Source of the DNA: Podarcis melisellensis
Lineage: Eukaryota
NCBI GenBank assembly: GCA_964234715.1
Contig: OZ174282.1
Length of the DNA stretch: 64,000 nucleotides
Direction: 5' to 3' (one strand)
Under the pieces are notes generated by a model. The model was not told the origin of the DNA. It ran no database searches and saw only the letters and a list, made by a program, of their open reading frames with translations. The position numbers and the translations under genes are program-made. How positions within the stretch are numbered: the first letter of the stretch is position 1; every line of letters starts with the position of its first letter. This document shows positions 23,111 through 34,238 of this stretch, piece after piece.

Positions 23111-23591
23111 GTCATGGGTCATGTGACAAGTGACACGTCACGTGACACATACTTCGGAAGTGAAAAGGAAGGCTACGGAGCCAGGACGGCTAGAGCGGAA
23201 TGGCGGAGGAAGCGGTGGCTGCAGGGGCTCCGACTTCCGGTTGTTGGGATGAGGCAGGAGTGGAAATCGCGTGTTCCCTTTTCATGTTATGAGGTCTTGT
23301 CGGACTGGAAGTAGAAGTTTATTTCCCCGGGATTCTTTGGAGGCGGGTGGGCGGCATCAAAAGTATTAGATTAAAAGCCCGCCTTCAAACAATGCAATCC
23401 TCTGTCTATTCTTTTTTAAGTCTATGATGAAAGGCCGGTTTTAGAGGGGAACTACAACTCCCAGCATGCCTTTCTTCCGCGAACTATCCTGTGTGAGGCC
23501 CACAGTTCCCAGCATGCTCCACAATGGAGAGGGGGGGCGGAGACTACACTTCCCAGAGTGCCCTGGGAGTCACAGTCTAAAGTGGGGCAAA
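23111..23591. promoter_or_regulatory. Bidirectional WWP2/NOB1 CpG-island promoter
   Basis: GTCATGTGAC (23118-23127); GTCACGTGAC (23137-23146); ETS CGGAAGT (23155-23161) and ACTTCCGG (~23233-23240); ZNF143/SBS-type ACTACAnnTCCCAGnnTGC motifs at 23451-23470, ~23500-23518 (weaker) and 23543-23562; YY1-like CAAAATGGC over the NOB1 ATG. Confidence 0.88.
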
Positions 23592-23654
23592 ATGGCTCCC
23601 GTGGAGCACGTCGTGGCTGATGCTGGAGCTTTCCTGCGTGGAGCCCCGCTTCAG
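23592..23654 (+). CDS. NOB1: NOB1 exon 1
   Basis: MAPVEHVVADAGAFLRGAPLQ, includes the PIN catalytic Asp10. Confidence 0.97.
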
Positions 23655-24223
23655 GTACAGTGGGAGAAGGCTGAGAACGGCTGCCTAGCTTGGCCAGTGA
23701 CCCACTGGGGAGCCCCGCGAGAAAGGACCACAGGCCCAGGTGTATGCTTTACTTTGCGGTAGATTTTTGTTGGACCTGGAGACTTTTATTAGGCCATCCC
23801 GAGTAGAGAGAGAAAGCTGCCTAGACAGAGACTCTCCTTACGGCGCATGGCAGGTTGGGGTTGTGGGCCTGGAGATTGTTCCCTATCCCTTGAGAGCTTC
23901 AGGCGGTTGGGAAAGGACACACACACACACACCCGCCTACCAAGCCAAGGTGGCTCCTCAGAATGTTGCATGGGACTCCTGGTGTCCCCTCCCTTGTTGC
24001 AGGTGGCCCTGTTATGCTTCTCGGTATGTGAGCATCCCAGAACCCCCAGATTAGCTTTTGCTCCTAGAATGTGAGTAGTAGGTCAGGAGAGGTGTGGCTA
24101 TAGGTCTGCCTCTCTCTTCCCTAACCTAGATGCACACACACACACCCTGGCCCGGCCCCCTTCCAGCCCTCAGGTTCCCGACCCACTTGCAACAGCTCTC
24201 AGCTGTGTCTTCCCCACTGGCAG

Positions 24224-24356
24224 GACATTGGCAAGAACATCTACACAATCCGAGAGGTGGTGACTGAGATCCGAGACAAGGAGACGCGCAGGCGGTTGGC
24301 AGTGCTGCCCTATGAGCTCCACTTCAAGCAGCCTTTTCCTGAATATGTAAGGCTTG
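24224..24356 (+). CDS. NOB1: NOB1 exon 2
   Basis: DIGKNIYTIREVVTEIRDKETRRRLAVLPYELHFKQPFPEYVRL, 133 nt. Confidence 0.97.
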
Positions 24357-24581
24357 GTGAGTGCTTCCTGCCCCTCTCCCACCCCATCCCCTCTTCCGTG
24401 ACTTGCCTTTTTCTTTTTGTAAGTAACTTTGAGCTCTTGACTGGAGAGCAAAGGGTGGTATTTAATTCTAGTCCTACTCAGGGTAGACCCATCAAGATTA
24501 ATGGACATGACTTACTTTCATTAATTTCAATTGATCTACTCTGGGTGGGGCTTTGTTGACTATAACCCCAACTAACATGTG

Positions 24582-24583
<2 letters not shown>

Positions 24584-24619
<36 letters not shown>
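24584..24619. repeat. (CA)n microsatellite in NOB1 intron 2
   Basis: Read directly. Confidence 0.95.
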
Positions 24620-24621
<2 letters not shown>

Positions 24622-24791
24622 TCAAGAGTAGAAATCAAGTTGATCACCTACAATTGCTTCATTGTTACTTGCTCTTTGATGTGTTTTCCTGGTGCCCTCT
24701 GGAATTAGAGAAGCAGGTTTTCCTCATGACCGGTTGTGATTTCCTATTTTTGCCTCTGGGCTTGAACACTGAAATCCTCCTTTGTTTCTAG

Positions 24792-24925
24792 TGACGGAGT
24801 TTTCCAAGAAGACGGGTGACTACCCCAGTCTTTCAGCCACAGACATCCAAGTCCTGGCCTTGACCTACCAGCTGGAAGCAGAAAATGTTGGTGTGGCTCA
24901 CTTGAAGAAAGAGCCAGAGCAGAAG
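24792..24925 (+). CDS. NOB1: NOB1 exon 3
   Basis: VTEFSKKTGDYPSLSATDIQVLALTYQLEAE...EPEQK. Confidence 0.95.
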
Positions 24926-25737
24926 GTGGATCTTCCTTCTTTTCTTATTTCTCTTTTGAAGGGGCCTTTTCCAGCAAAATATTTATTTACTGTGATGTTG
25001 GTTTTGTATCCTGCTTTTCAGGCAAATGTTTTCTTCCAAACAACTCACATTAATTAAAAGACAGACAGAGAGAGGTCCTGCCCTTAGGCTTACACACTTT
25101 AAAAAACAAGACACACAAGAGAAGGGGAAATTAGGGAAGTTGGGGCGGGGTGTTGACCAGATGGATAATGCCAGGAACCAAGTGGTAGGATGAGCACAGG
25201 CATTACTATCTAGTTGGGGCCAAGATATTTCCTTGCTTAAACAGAGATGCTGTAAATGACTCTGCAGCCCTTGTTCCTCTGGCTCATGTCAGCATTTGCT
25301 CCTACCTTTCATCTGTGCACTCCCAGGGCAATTGAAAAGGGTTCTTTCTGCCAGTGAGGAGGGAAATCAACTCCCTCTGTGGCTGATCAAGAGGTCCCTT
25401 GTTGCAATATTATTCCTATCCAGTAGGAGGGGGCAATCCAGTTCCACATGAATGCAGGACACTCTTGTCACCAGCTGCATGTGTTAACAACCTATGTTTC
25501 GTCTTTGTCTGTTTCCTGCTGCTGCAAATGCCAAACAGGCTGATTATGGACTGCCTGAATCCTGTCTTATGCTCTGCTGTGTCTTGAATGCTATTCTTCT
25601 TGCCATCACTGCTCAAAAGCTGATCAGACTCTGGGATGGTAGGTTTTGTGAGGCAGCTGCTGCTGCAAAAATCAACAATATGCCCTACCTGACCCACACC
25701 CCACTTTCTTTTCTCTCCCCACCCTGGATCCTTGCAG

Positions 25738-25809
25738 GTAAAACTCAGCTCAACAAAGCAGCACCCTGAGACACCTGTTCACGTTGCTGGCTTCCATCTA
25801 CCTTCCAAG
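25738..25809 (+). CDS. NOB1: NOB1 exon 4
   Basis: VKLSSTKQHPETPVHVAGFHLPSK, 72 nt. Confidence 0.95.
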
Positions 25810-26251
25810 GTGAGCAATCTGAAACTCTGCCCCTCTATTCATGGAAGGAGTATGAGCAGAGGGTAGCACACCTTGATGACTCACTGCCCCTCCCCTCCTC
25901 CTGGTTGCACGGGGTGTAATCTGGGAATGACCAGGTGTGCCAGTTGAGCACTTGCGCTGGGAGTCCTTGATAGGCAGCATCTCCTCCTTGGCTTGTGTGA
26001 GGATCCAGTGACCATTTGGCCTCTACCAGAAGCCTAAAGGAAGAGGTAGCCACACACGGCTTTTCTAAGAGGGCCATGGAGGATGGGCAAATTGCTCATT
26101 GGTGGAGGTTCAATCCCAGCCAGCATCTCCAGGTAAACAGCCCAGAGAGTCATTGCTGTCAGTCAGTGTAAGCAATCTGGAGCTTCTATATGACTGTTTC
26201 TTCTGGCAATTCATACATGTCAGCTTTTCTTCCGCCCAACTTTTCTTCTAG

Positions 26252-26401
26252 ACCAAGTGCCCAGGAGGTGAGAAGAGTCCTTTCATGGTGGGAAGCAGAA
26301 ACTCTGCAGACTCCACAGGCCCTGAAACCTCTGAGTTTGGTTCCTTCCTGTTCTGGAGGAATCCTCTGCCCAGCATTGAGGAGGACCTACAGGACTTGCT
26401 G
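26252..26401 (+). CDS. NOB1: NOB1 exon 5
   Basis: ...EFGSFLFWRNPLPSIEEDLQDLL, 150 nt. Confidence 0.92.
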
Positions 26402-26520
26402 GTAAGAAGTCTAGCATTCTTTCCTTTCTTCCTGCCTCATCGGGCACCACCTTCATCTCTGCAGCCCGGGAAGGTTCTGTGCTCAGCGGATCCTCTCCCA
26501 ATTGGTCTGTTTTTTCGCAG

Positions 26521-26727
26521 AAAGCGGATACTGTTGTTATTGTGCCGAAGGACCCCAAAGGCAACAAGAGTAGTGGTGAGGAGGAGGAGCAGAATGGAGA
26601 GGACAGCGATGACGAGGAAGGCTGGATCACGCCTAGCAACATCAAGCAGATCCAACAGGGCATGGACCAGGCTGATGAGCCAGCTGGTGTGCAGGTTGGC
26701 TGTGTCACCACCGACTTTGCCATGCAG
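26521..26727 (+). CDS. NOB1: NOB1 exon 6 (followed by a GC donor)
   Basis: Acidic tract, then GWITPSNIKQ...VGCVTTDFAMQ, then CAG|GCAAGT. Confidence 0.93.
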
Positions 26728-27395
26728 GCAAGTGTGGGCTGTGTGACACCAGGTGGTCCCCAGGGCTTGAGGGGAGGGAGAAGGATGTATGCTTACCTTT
26801 TCGTCCTTGCTTCCATGCACCCAGTCTAGCCTCCTGCTACATTCTTGTGCCTGCTACAGCTGCCTGGTCCAGGCTTCCTGGAGGCCCAGCAGAGGTTTTA
26901 TGGTCTATGTTGGAAGAACATGATGAGAACAGGAGGGACAGAAAGGGTGGCTCAAGAGCAGAAAGGGGTGACGGGTGGCAGCAGGAAGCTGAGAAGAGGG
27001 AATGGAAGTGGCCAGGTGAAGAGCAGAGGGATGAGAGAAAGAGAGGAGAAGCTCCAGGAGGTGGATTGAAGGCAAACAGGCAGTGGGACAAAAACAGGAA
27101 GGGGAGAGGGGAAGCAGCACTTTGTGCTCCGAGTTGGGCAACCTGGCAGACCTGAAGGAGAGGAAACTGGGGACTCTCTTTCAACTGGAGAAGCTTGGTC
27201 AGCCCAGCAGCAAAAGAAGAGCAAGCATTTTGTGTTTTTTAAAAAGGAGAGCAAGCATTGCCTTATTTTAGCTCCAGCCCTTTCCAAGACCCCAGCCTAT
27301 GGAGTATTCAAAGTCTGTTGAGAGGGACTTGCCCTGCACCAGCATCATGGGTGCTGATTGGGGTCCCTTCCCCTTCTCTGGTCTCTTTCCCACAG

Positions 27396-27493
27396 AACAT
27401 TCTGCTGCAGATGGGCCTGCATGTGTTGGCAGTCAATGGCATGCTGATCCGGCACACCCGGAGCTACGTCCTGCGCTGCCACGGCTGCTTCAA
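27396..27493 (+). CDS. NOB1: NOB1 exon 7
   Basis: NILLQMGLHVLAVNGMLIRHTRSYVLRCHGCFK, first CxxC. Confidence 0.97.
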
Positions 27494-27649
27494 GTATGTG
27501 ATGAGTTGGTGGCTGGGCTGCAAACTCTGGCATATGGGCAACAGCTGGGGCTGTGTCCAGCCATATTCAGGAGGTGCCCCTTGGGCTTAGTCAATGGGCT
27601 GCTGCCAAGGTTGTCAACCCGCTGACCTGGCTTCTCTGCTTTCCTCCAG

Positions 27650-27794
27650 AACCACATCAGAAATGACCCGGCTCTTCTGCCCCCACTGCGGGAACAAGAC
27701 GCTTAAGAAGGTGGCGGTGAGCGTGGATGACGATGGCACCATCCACATGCATTTTTCCCGGAATCCCAAGGTCTTGAACCCCCGTGGCCTCCGG
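27650..27794 (+). CDS. NOB1: NOB1 exon 8
   Basis: TTSEMTRLFCPHCGNKTLKKVAV...NPRGLR, second CxxC. Confidence 0.97.
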
Positions 27795-28353
27795 GTGAGC
27801 AGCTCTGCTCTGGGCTTCAGTGCTCTTATGGGCTTTCCGCTCTCGTTGTTGTCTCTGTTGGCTGCCTGTGCTCCCAGCTGAGCACCTGAGGCAAGAAGTA
27901 AGAGTCTGCAGCAGGCCATGATGGCCTCTGGGGCCAGCAGAAGAATCTTCTCTGGGCTTATTTATTTCCTCCCAATGGCAAAAGTTCTGTGGCCGGTGCT
28001 ATCCAGTGTAGCTTTAAGGAACTTGTTCCACTAGTACAATGATTTATGATTGTGCAGCAAATTTTCCCCCTGCATGTGTCCTACGCCTTCCCAAATTTTC
28101 TCCAAAGAGTTAGGGGAACCCCATAACAGATTATGGGGGAAGAAGATGTGGGGGTGTCTGTTGTGCAGCTGTCACTCCTCATGCTACAACCATGAGTGGA
28201 TTGGATACTACTGTAAGTAAAAATGTAAAACCATAACTTGGAAAAAATATAACAAGGATGAAAGTCAAGTGTGAGGTGCCTCTCCCTGTCAGGAGTGTGG
28301 GGCAGGGTGTATTGGGCCTTTTGGCTTCACTGTGTGCCTCTTTCTTTCCACAG

Positions 28354-28623
28354 TACTCTCTTCCAGCTCCTCAGGGTGGGAAGCACGCAAACAATCCCCA
28401 CCTGACAGAGGACCAGCACTTCCCCCAGCAACGGCTCTCCCGCAAGGCCAGGCAGAAGACAAACGTCTTTGACCCCGATTATATTGCAGGAGTTTCTCCG
28501 TTTGCGGAAAACGACATCTACAGCCGGGCGGCCAATCTACAGATCCGGGATACGGCGCTGGGTGCAGGCAGGAGGCGTCTGAACCCCAACACAGCCTCCA
28601 AAAAATTTGTGAAAAAGAGATGA
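28354..28623 (+). CDS. NOB1: NOB1 exon 9 coding part
   Basis: YSLPAPQGGKHANNPHLTEDQ...KKFVKKR, stop TGA. Confidence 0.97.
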   Translation, partial: YSLPAPQGGKHANNPHLTEDQHFPQQRLSRKARQKTNVFDPDYIAGVSPFAENDIYSRAANLQIRDTALGAGRRRLNPNTASKKFVKKR

Positions 28624-28931
28624 GGTGGGGAGAGATGCAACCACTCACCTGTCCCACTTGTCAATGAAGGGAGGACAAGTCTTTTGTTTCCTACAGCTTG
28701 TGTGAAGGCAGGACTTTGCCCCTTGGCTCTTCTTCCTGACTGCTTCCAAGGCAACAGACACTAGTATGAATAAAGGGCAAGCAGCAGGAAGGTGGGAGGC
28801 AGACTGCCAAGTGATCTGGAAAGTGAGAGTGGCCCTCGTGTGGCAGAATCCATGTGCTGCGCTCAGGTCTTGGGTCCATTCTAATGCAAAAGACTCAGCA
28901 GCGGTGGCTGCATGTTTTGTTTTGTTTTTTT

Positions 28932-28937
28932 AATAAA
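28932..28937 (+). terminator. Probable NOB1 poly(A) signal (alternative AATAAA at 28769-28774)
   Basis: AATAAA preceded by a U-rich tract and followed by GT-rich sequence. Confidence 0.65.
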
Positions 28938-30934
28938 CCAGGGTGTCTGCACATTTGGTGTCTGTGCACAGCTCCTTGTGGTTTAGCTTGTCCCTTTCCT
29001 GACAACTAGGCCCCTTTTCTCCCATGAGCAGAAGGTGGCCTTTCCCTTGTAGTAGTCAAGAGCACAAGCCTTGTTCTTTTTCTACCAGGTCTTCAGCCAT
29101 ACAGTGAGCTGGTTGGGATGGCTAGAGAGGAAGCACTGCTCTTTGATTGTCTTCTATCACATTACTGGCTGCAAACTTTTGAGTTCCACAAAACTCTTCC
29201 TCAGAAGTGGCTGTTCAAAGCAAAAACAGAAAAGTTTACGGCCCAATAGCTGATTAACCCGAAAACACACATCCATGTGGGCTAATAAGAGTAGGAACCT
29301 GTAAAAGCCTGTTTAATTTTTGGTCTAAATACCTATGCTGGGGAATAGGCCTCTGTTTAACTCAAAAGATCACTTCCACTATTGTCAAAACATATGACAA
29401 TAGGTTGCCTAAAATCTTTTCTCTTTTGTGAAAAGGGGTTAAAGAGCCATGAGAAGGACAACTGCAGGAATGTCACAAAAAACTGCAAAAATGCCTGGCA
29501 GTGAGCTGGTGGCAACTCCATAAGGCCACGTCCTACTCACAGAGAGAGCCGCAGGTGTTCTCCCCCAGCCCTCTGGTGGGTCCTCTTGCAAGACAAGTTG
29601 TGTCACATTTTCCACTGCTTCCTGCCTTGGGCTACAGCAAATCCTCCTTGCACTTAACAAGCCTTTTTCTTGTAGAGGAAAGGTTAACAGCCAGTTTGCT
29701 GCAGACTGGCCCCTGTTCCGTTCCTCCTAACTATGCCCCAACATGCAACAAAGGCCCACTATATACCTGGGAGCAAAACTGACTAGTAAATGAAATTTGA
29801 TTAGATAGATTTCTAGTGCAAACGAAGAGCCCTGCCCAGTCCTTGCATAGCTCTAGTTAAGTCGCTAACAGTGCCCCACCCTGGCACCACACAAAGTTAA
29901 TCTGGGCATTTGGAGCTTGAATGAAAGGGCTGTCAAAAACATTTTTTGCCATCTTCTATGGAGGCAGTTGCCAACTTCATAGGCACGCCTAGCCTGCTTG
30001 CTTTGTTCTGAATCTGCCGTGCAAACACCAAAGACCTGCCCTTGGTGGCTAGGACTTAATAAACACAGGAGTGGCTTACACACACACACACACACACACT
30101 TTTAGCAAAGTTTGGTGACTTGTACCTTTCTCTTTTACCTGTTCCCATATACCTTTCGCCAAAAGCAGACACTGCTGCTTCCTATTGGAACTGTATTCTA
30201 CTAATTAATTAATATGAATTCCCATATGTATTGAAAATACTCCCAGGAGGTGTGTGATCTTGCCACAGAGCAGAGCATTCAGAGAAATGACCATCGCCCA
30301 AAATTCATGTGACATTGCTGCCTCTGGATCCATCCCATTACAGTACTGATATAGAAGATAGCCATGGTCAGCTACAGAAGCTAGTTTGGTACAGCCTGAA
30401 ATCATTTTACTACTTCCAAATACTGTCCACATGATTCTTTGTAGTGGCACCCAGAGGCTGTTGGGGAACACCAGTAGCCTCACAGGAAACTGATTCATTG
30501 TGTTTGTGAGGACCCAAGTGCCACGCCGAGCACAGAGATACCTCTTAGCAAGGCTCCTGGCCTGCTTGGAGTTTAATTAGCATGTTTGTTCTCCTTTGTT
30601 TATGACTGGACTAAGGACTACAGCAACATCTTGGGCCCTGGGGACCCCCTTAAAGAGTCCTAGTTCTCTCTGATTGCTTTGGATACCATTTGCCTGTTGT
30701 TAATGCCGGCAGTCCAGTAGTCCCTTGATAGGAGCCTGAGCTGGTAAGGCTTTGTGTATTTGCCTAGCCTTCTCCCCAATGTGGCAGCAAGAGCAAGAGC
30801 TCATTCTTTCATGTGCTTACTATTTCACATGCTCCCATTTTTTCATTTGGTAATTTCTCCCTCCAAAGATCCAAGCAGTAATCTGAACTGTACAAAGAGC
30901 TTGATGAATGATGCAGTGGATGGGTGGCGGGAAT

Positions 30935-31170
30935 AAGTTGTTGGCATCGTCTGTCTTGGGAGACAATGGAAAAGGGCACCTTTGGGTAAAATCAAACTGT
31001 TGGAGAGTTACAGCACTTTGGGTGTAGAGACCAATGCGGAAGAAACATGTTTTGTTGCAGCAGGGGCAGATGAAGATGTCTGGTTGTGGTACTGCAGAGG
31101 CACCATGGCATTTCTTCTCTCTGCGCCCCTCCCAGCGGTCATTTCTCCTCTGCTCACTGCTGTGGATCCA
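30935..31170 (-). mobile_element. RTE-clade LINE 3' end fragment
   Basis: FICPCCNKTCFFRIGLYT resembles the C-terminal zinc-knuckle-like motif of RTE-type ORFs. Confidence 0.65.
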
Positions 31171-31189
31171 TGCCCTGACTGTCATTTTA

Positions 31190-31495
31190 GGACAGACAAA
31201 GGAAGAGACTTCTCCACGCAGTACATAGTTATACTATGGAATTAGCTTTCACAAGAGGCAATGATTGCCACCAACTTGGATGGCATTGAATGATTAGACA
31301 AATTCATGGAGGAGAAGGCTATCAATGGCTATGTTGTACCTGCACTATCATGCCTCTGAAAACCAGTTGCTGGGAATCACAAGTGGGGAGAGTGCTTGTT
31401 GCACTCATGTCCAGCTTGCAGGCATCTGGTTGGGCACTATGAGGACAGGATGCGGGACTAAATGGCTCACTGACCGGATCCAGCAGGCTCATCTT
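31190..31495 (+). mobile_element. CR1 3' fragment
   Basis: Same tail family (ttagacaaattcatggaggagaaggctatc...). Confidence 0.8.
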
Positions 31496-32715
31496 TTGTC
31501 CTTCTGCCCTGCAGAGTAAATACTGCTAGGCTTGAAGGACCAATGGTATGACTTTGTATATAAGAATAACTGCACATCATCATATGTCCCAAACAGTACA
31601 AATTCAAACACTAACTGACTAGGCTATTTGGTGCCTCTGAAGAGGATTAACAGCAGCTGTTTTCACAACTTGTATTTAAATGGGTTTTTGCATTGTCTAC
31701 AGTTCAATTTTCATTGAATGAAAATGCCATATCCTCCAGAATGAATGCCCATCTCTAGACTTAAGTCTTTGCACCAATGTAGGATTTTTTACATTCATTC
31801 CTGTACTGTATGTACCACTAACTTAGGGCATGAATTGTTTAATAGGGATAGTCTTCATTCAATAATTGAGGGATTCTGCTCATTTCAAAAAAAAAGAGCT
31901 AACAGTCCTTCCCCAAAATGCTGTGGGCAAGGGAAGGGCTGCTGAGATGTCAAAAGCCACCAGCAAGAATGCCTAGCTGGAAGCCTGTGAGCGATTCTTG
32001 TAAAATTCACATTCTGTAATTTCATCACCAAAGATAAGTTCAAACTGCATCTTTCTAGCAGCTTGGCTTAACACTTCAGCACTGAACCAACATGGGTATC
32101 TTCAACTAGCAAGGTGCTTTTTTTTTGCTTTTTTTTTTGCAGGGGAGGGGGTTAAATTGTGCAGGCCTGCTGCATGGATCTGCAAATACAGTAAGAGATC
32201 CAGAATGGGAGGAGTCCTTGGCAAACACTAATCCTTCCCCAAAGCTGCCATCTGCACACGCCTTCTAAAGCATCTACCCTGGTACTCACCTTTGCCCCAT
32301 CCTGGACCAAGCAAACACTCCAATGACTCTTATTAAGAGGTGCTAGAAGGGCAATTTCTCCACCCTTTCAACATATGTTTTCCAGAAAAGGCAGCTGAGG
32401 CAGGGCTGGGGCTTGTGTCTTCATTTGCAGCAGGGGTCGGGAGTCATGCAGAATTAAGAAAAGGCAGAGTACAAGGCTGGGTTCATGTATTTCATTTGCA
32501 CTATGTCAGGTGTTCCAGGTTCACTTTGCAGAAGGCCTCCTATCGTCAATTTTTCTCTGCTTTCTGCCAGCAAATGGGCAGGTGAAGCAGCATGGCATAT
32601 TCTGGTGCCCTTTTATCTGCTTTCCAGTGAGATAAATTCTGTCTGGGGTTTTGCCATGGATAGAGCCCCAAGCTGGGACTGCATCAATGAAAAAGGCACA
32701 TTTCATGTTGAAAAC

Positions 32716-32836
32716 CATGGGTGTAGCCAAGGGGGGGCAGCTGCCCTCCCCTAGATCAAGTAATACAATAGAAATACTAATCTAACTGACCAATCATGTC
32801 GGTCCTGCCCCCCCCCAAATTCTGGCTACACCCATG
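32716..32836. mobile_element. hAT-type MITE, same TIR family as 20096-20223
   Basis: Perfect 14-bp TIRs CATGGGTGTAGCCA / TGGCTACACCCATG; degenerate TSD ttgaaaac / ttggaaaa. Confidence 0.8.
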
Positions 32837-33190
32837 TTGGAAAAGTAGCTATTAAGCATTGTCACCAGTCTCCCCTGTGAGGGCTACGAGTGGACGCTGG
32901 CCCCTAACAGCATGGCAGCTAAATGGACCCTTCAGCGTCAGAGACAGTCTATCTCTGAATGCCAACGGCAGAGATGACAGGAGGTTTTGCGTCTTCCTTG
33001 TGAGCTTCGTTTGCGGACATCTGGTGGGATGCTGGGCCGGAGGCGTGTCTTTAGATGGAGAGCTGCCAAATTAAGGGAGAAGTGAATGGGCTCTCGATGG
33101 TCATGAGTTTTGCGATACAGAGGCAGTCTCCCTCGGGGCGAAGCCTTCCCCTCGGGGCACCAAGAGGCAACATGCTGGGTCTGGCCGGAG

Positions 33191-33249
33191 TGTGGTTTCC
33201 CCGCCCCAGTGACTCAGCAAATCCGCGCCGCCTCCTCCGCCTCTTATAA
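33191..33249 (+). promoter_or_regulatory. NQO1 core promoter: GC box, ARE/EpRE (NRF2-sMAF) and TATA
   Basis: CCCCGCCCC 33199-33207; GTGACTCAGCA 33209-33219; TATAA 33245-33249, about 50 nt upstream of the ATG. CpG island ~33000-34250. Confidence 0.85.
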
Positions 33250-33299
33250 GACCCGCGGCGCCGACGGCTTAGTTCAACTGCTGCCCGGCTTGCATCGCC

Positions 33300-33306
33300 A
33301 TGGCTG
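33300..33306 (+). CDS. NQO1: NQO1 exon 1 coding part (ATGGCTG)
   Basis: gccATGg Kozak context, 7 nt, then GTAAGT donor, as in mammalian NQO1. Confidence 0.9.
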
Positions 33307-33729
33307 GTAAGTAGCTCGTCTCCTCGGCCCTGCCTTACTCTGGTGGGCCTAAACTGCGCACCAGGCTGCCTCGCGGAGCCAAACAGGCAGGTCGAAAAGA
33401 GAGGAAGGACGGGGGTGGGTGGGATCGATCGAGTCGAGTCTCCAAGGCACAGGCTCCCCGTGCAGGAGTCCTTTCCCGCCTCGAGAGCGTCTCCCCTCGG
33501 CTTCCCGAGGCCCTGCGGCAGCGCCAGCAGCAACTTGCAAGGAGGCGGGTGGCGCTCACCTGGCGGGCCCCCCGAAAGGCAGGCAGGGGCCTGCGAGGCT
33601 GCGCTGCCCTGGTGGGAGGCGCCGAGGCGGGAGTCTGTTGCAGCCCCGGCGGCAGGGCGGCTCTCCCGGAGCTTTGGCCGCCGGAGGCGCCTTGCCTTGC
33701 CCGGCTCTGCCCTCCTGCTCTCCTTGCAG

Positions 33730-33894
33730 CTCGGCAGGCGCTGATCGTGCTGGCCCACCCGGAGCGGACATCCTTCAACTATGCCATGAAGGAGGCGGCT
33801 GTCGAGGCGCTGCAGAAGAGTGGCTGGAAGGTGACCGTCTCGGATCTCTACGCCATGCGCTTCAACCCGGTCCTCTCCCGGGACGACGTCACCG
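33730..33894 (+). CDS. NQO1: NQO1 exon 2
   Basis: [27 protein letters not shown]...[18 protein letters not shown], 165 nt. Confidence 0.97.
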
Positions 33895-34107
33895 GTACAT
33901 AGGTCTCTGGGTCCCTGTCGCTCCGCTAGGTGTGTCTGGGCTTCAGTCCGGCTGGTAGGGGGCGCTTTCCCCCAGCCTTCCTGCCTGGAGGAACTGTCGT
34001 CGGGGCGAGTACCTGGGACCTTTTGCCGCTCCTTTCCCGGAGCCCCCCCGAGGCTCCGCCTCGCCTGCGTGCCTGGACCCACCCTTCCCCCTCTCCCCCT
34101 CCCTCAG

Positions 34108-34238
34108 GCAAGCCGAAGGACCCGCAGCACTTCAGCTACCCGGCCGAAACGGGGCTGGCATGGAAAGAAGGCCGCCTGAGCAAGGACATCGTAGAGGAGC
34201 AAAAAAAGCTGGACGCTGCCGATCTTGTCATCTTTCAG
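34108..34238 (+). CDS. NQO1: NQO1 exon 3
   Basis: [13 protein letters not shown]...[14 protein letters not shown], 131 nt. Confidence 0.97.

Larger units (their letters stand above)
23592..28623 (+). other. NOB1: NOB1 gene span (20S/18S-E pre-rRNA D-site endonuclease; PIN domain plus zinc ribbon), complete, 423 aa
   Basis: Join 23592-23654, 24224-24356, 24792-24925, 25738-25809, 26252-26401, 26521-26727, 27396-27493, 27650-27794, 28354-28623 gives a 1272 nt open frame. Confidence 0.98.

Noticed and set aside
23466-23591. In-frame 42-aa N-terminal extension of NOB1
   Set aside because: The upstream ATGs are part of the ZNF143 motifs (CAGCATGC), probably upstream of the TSS. The conserved start is MAPVEH.
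33043-33047. XRE/AhR core GCGTG upstream of NQO1
   Set aside because: Lacks the TNGCGTG flank, and a 5-mer is expected by chance in a CpG island.
33051-34082. 343-aa minus-strand ORF antisense to NQO1
   Set aside because: Stop-codon depletion in a GC-rich CpG island; low-complexity R/G/P/A composition with no recognisable homology.
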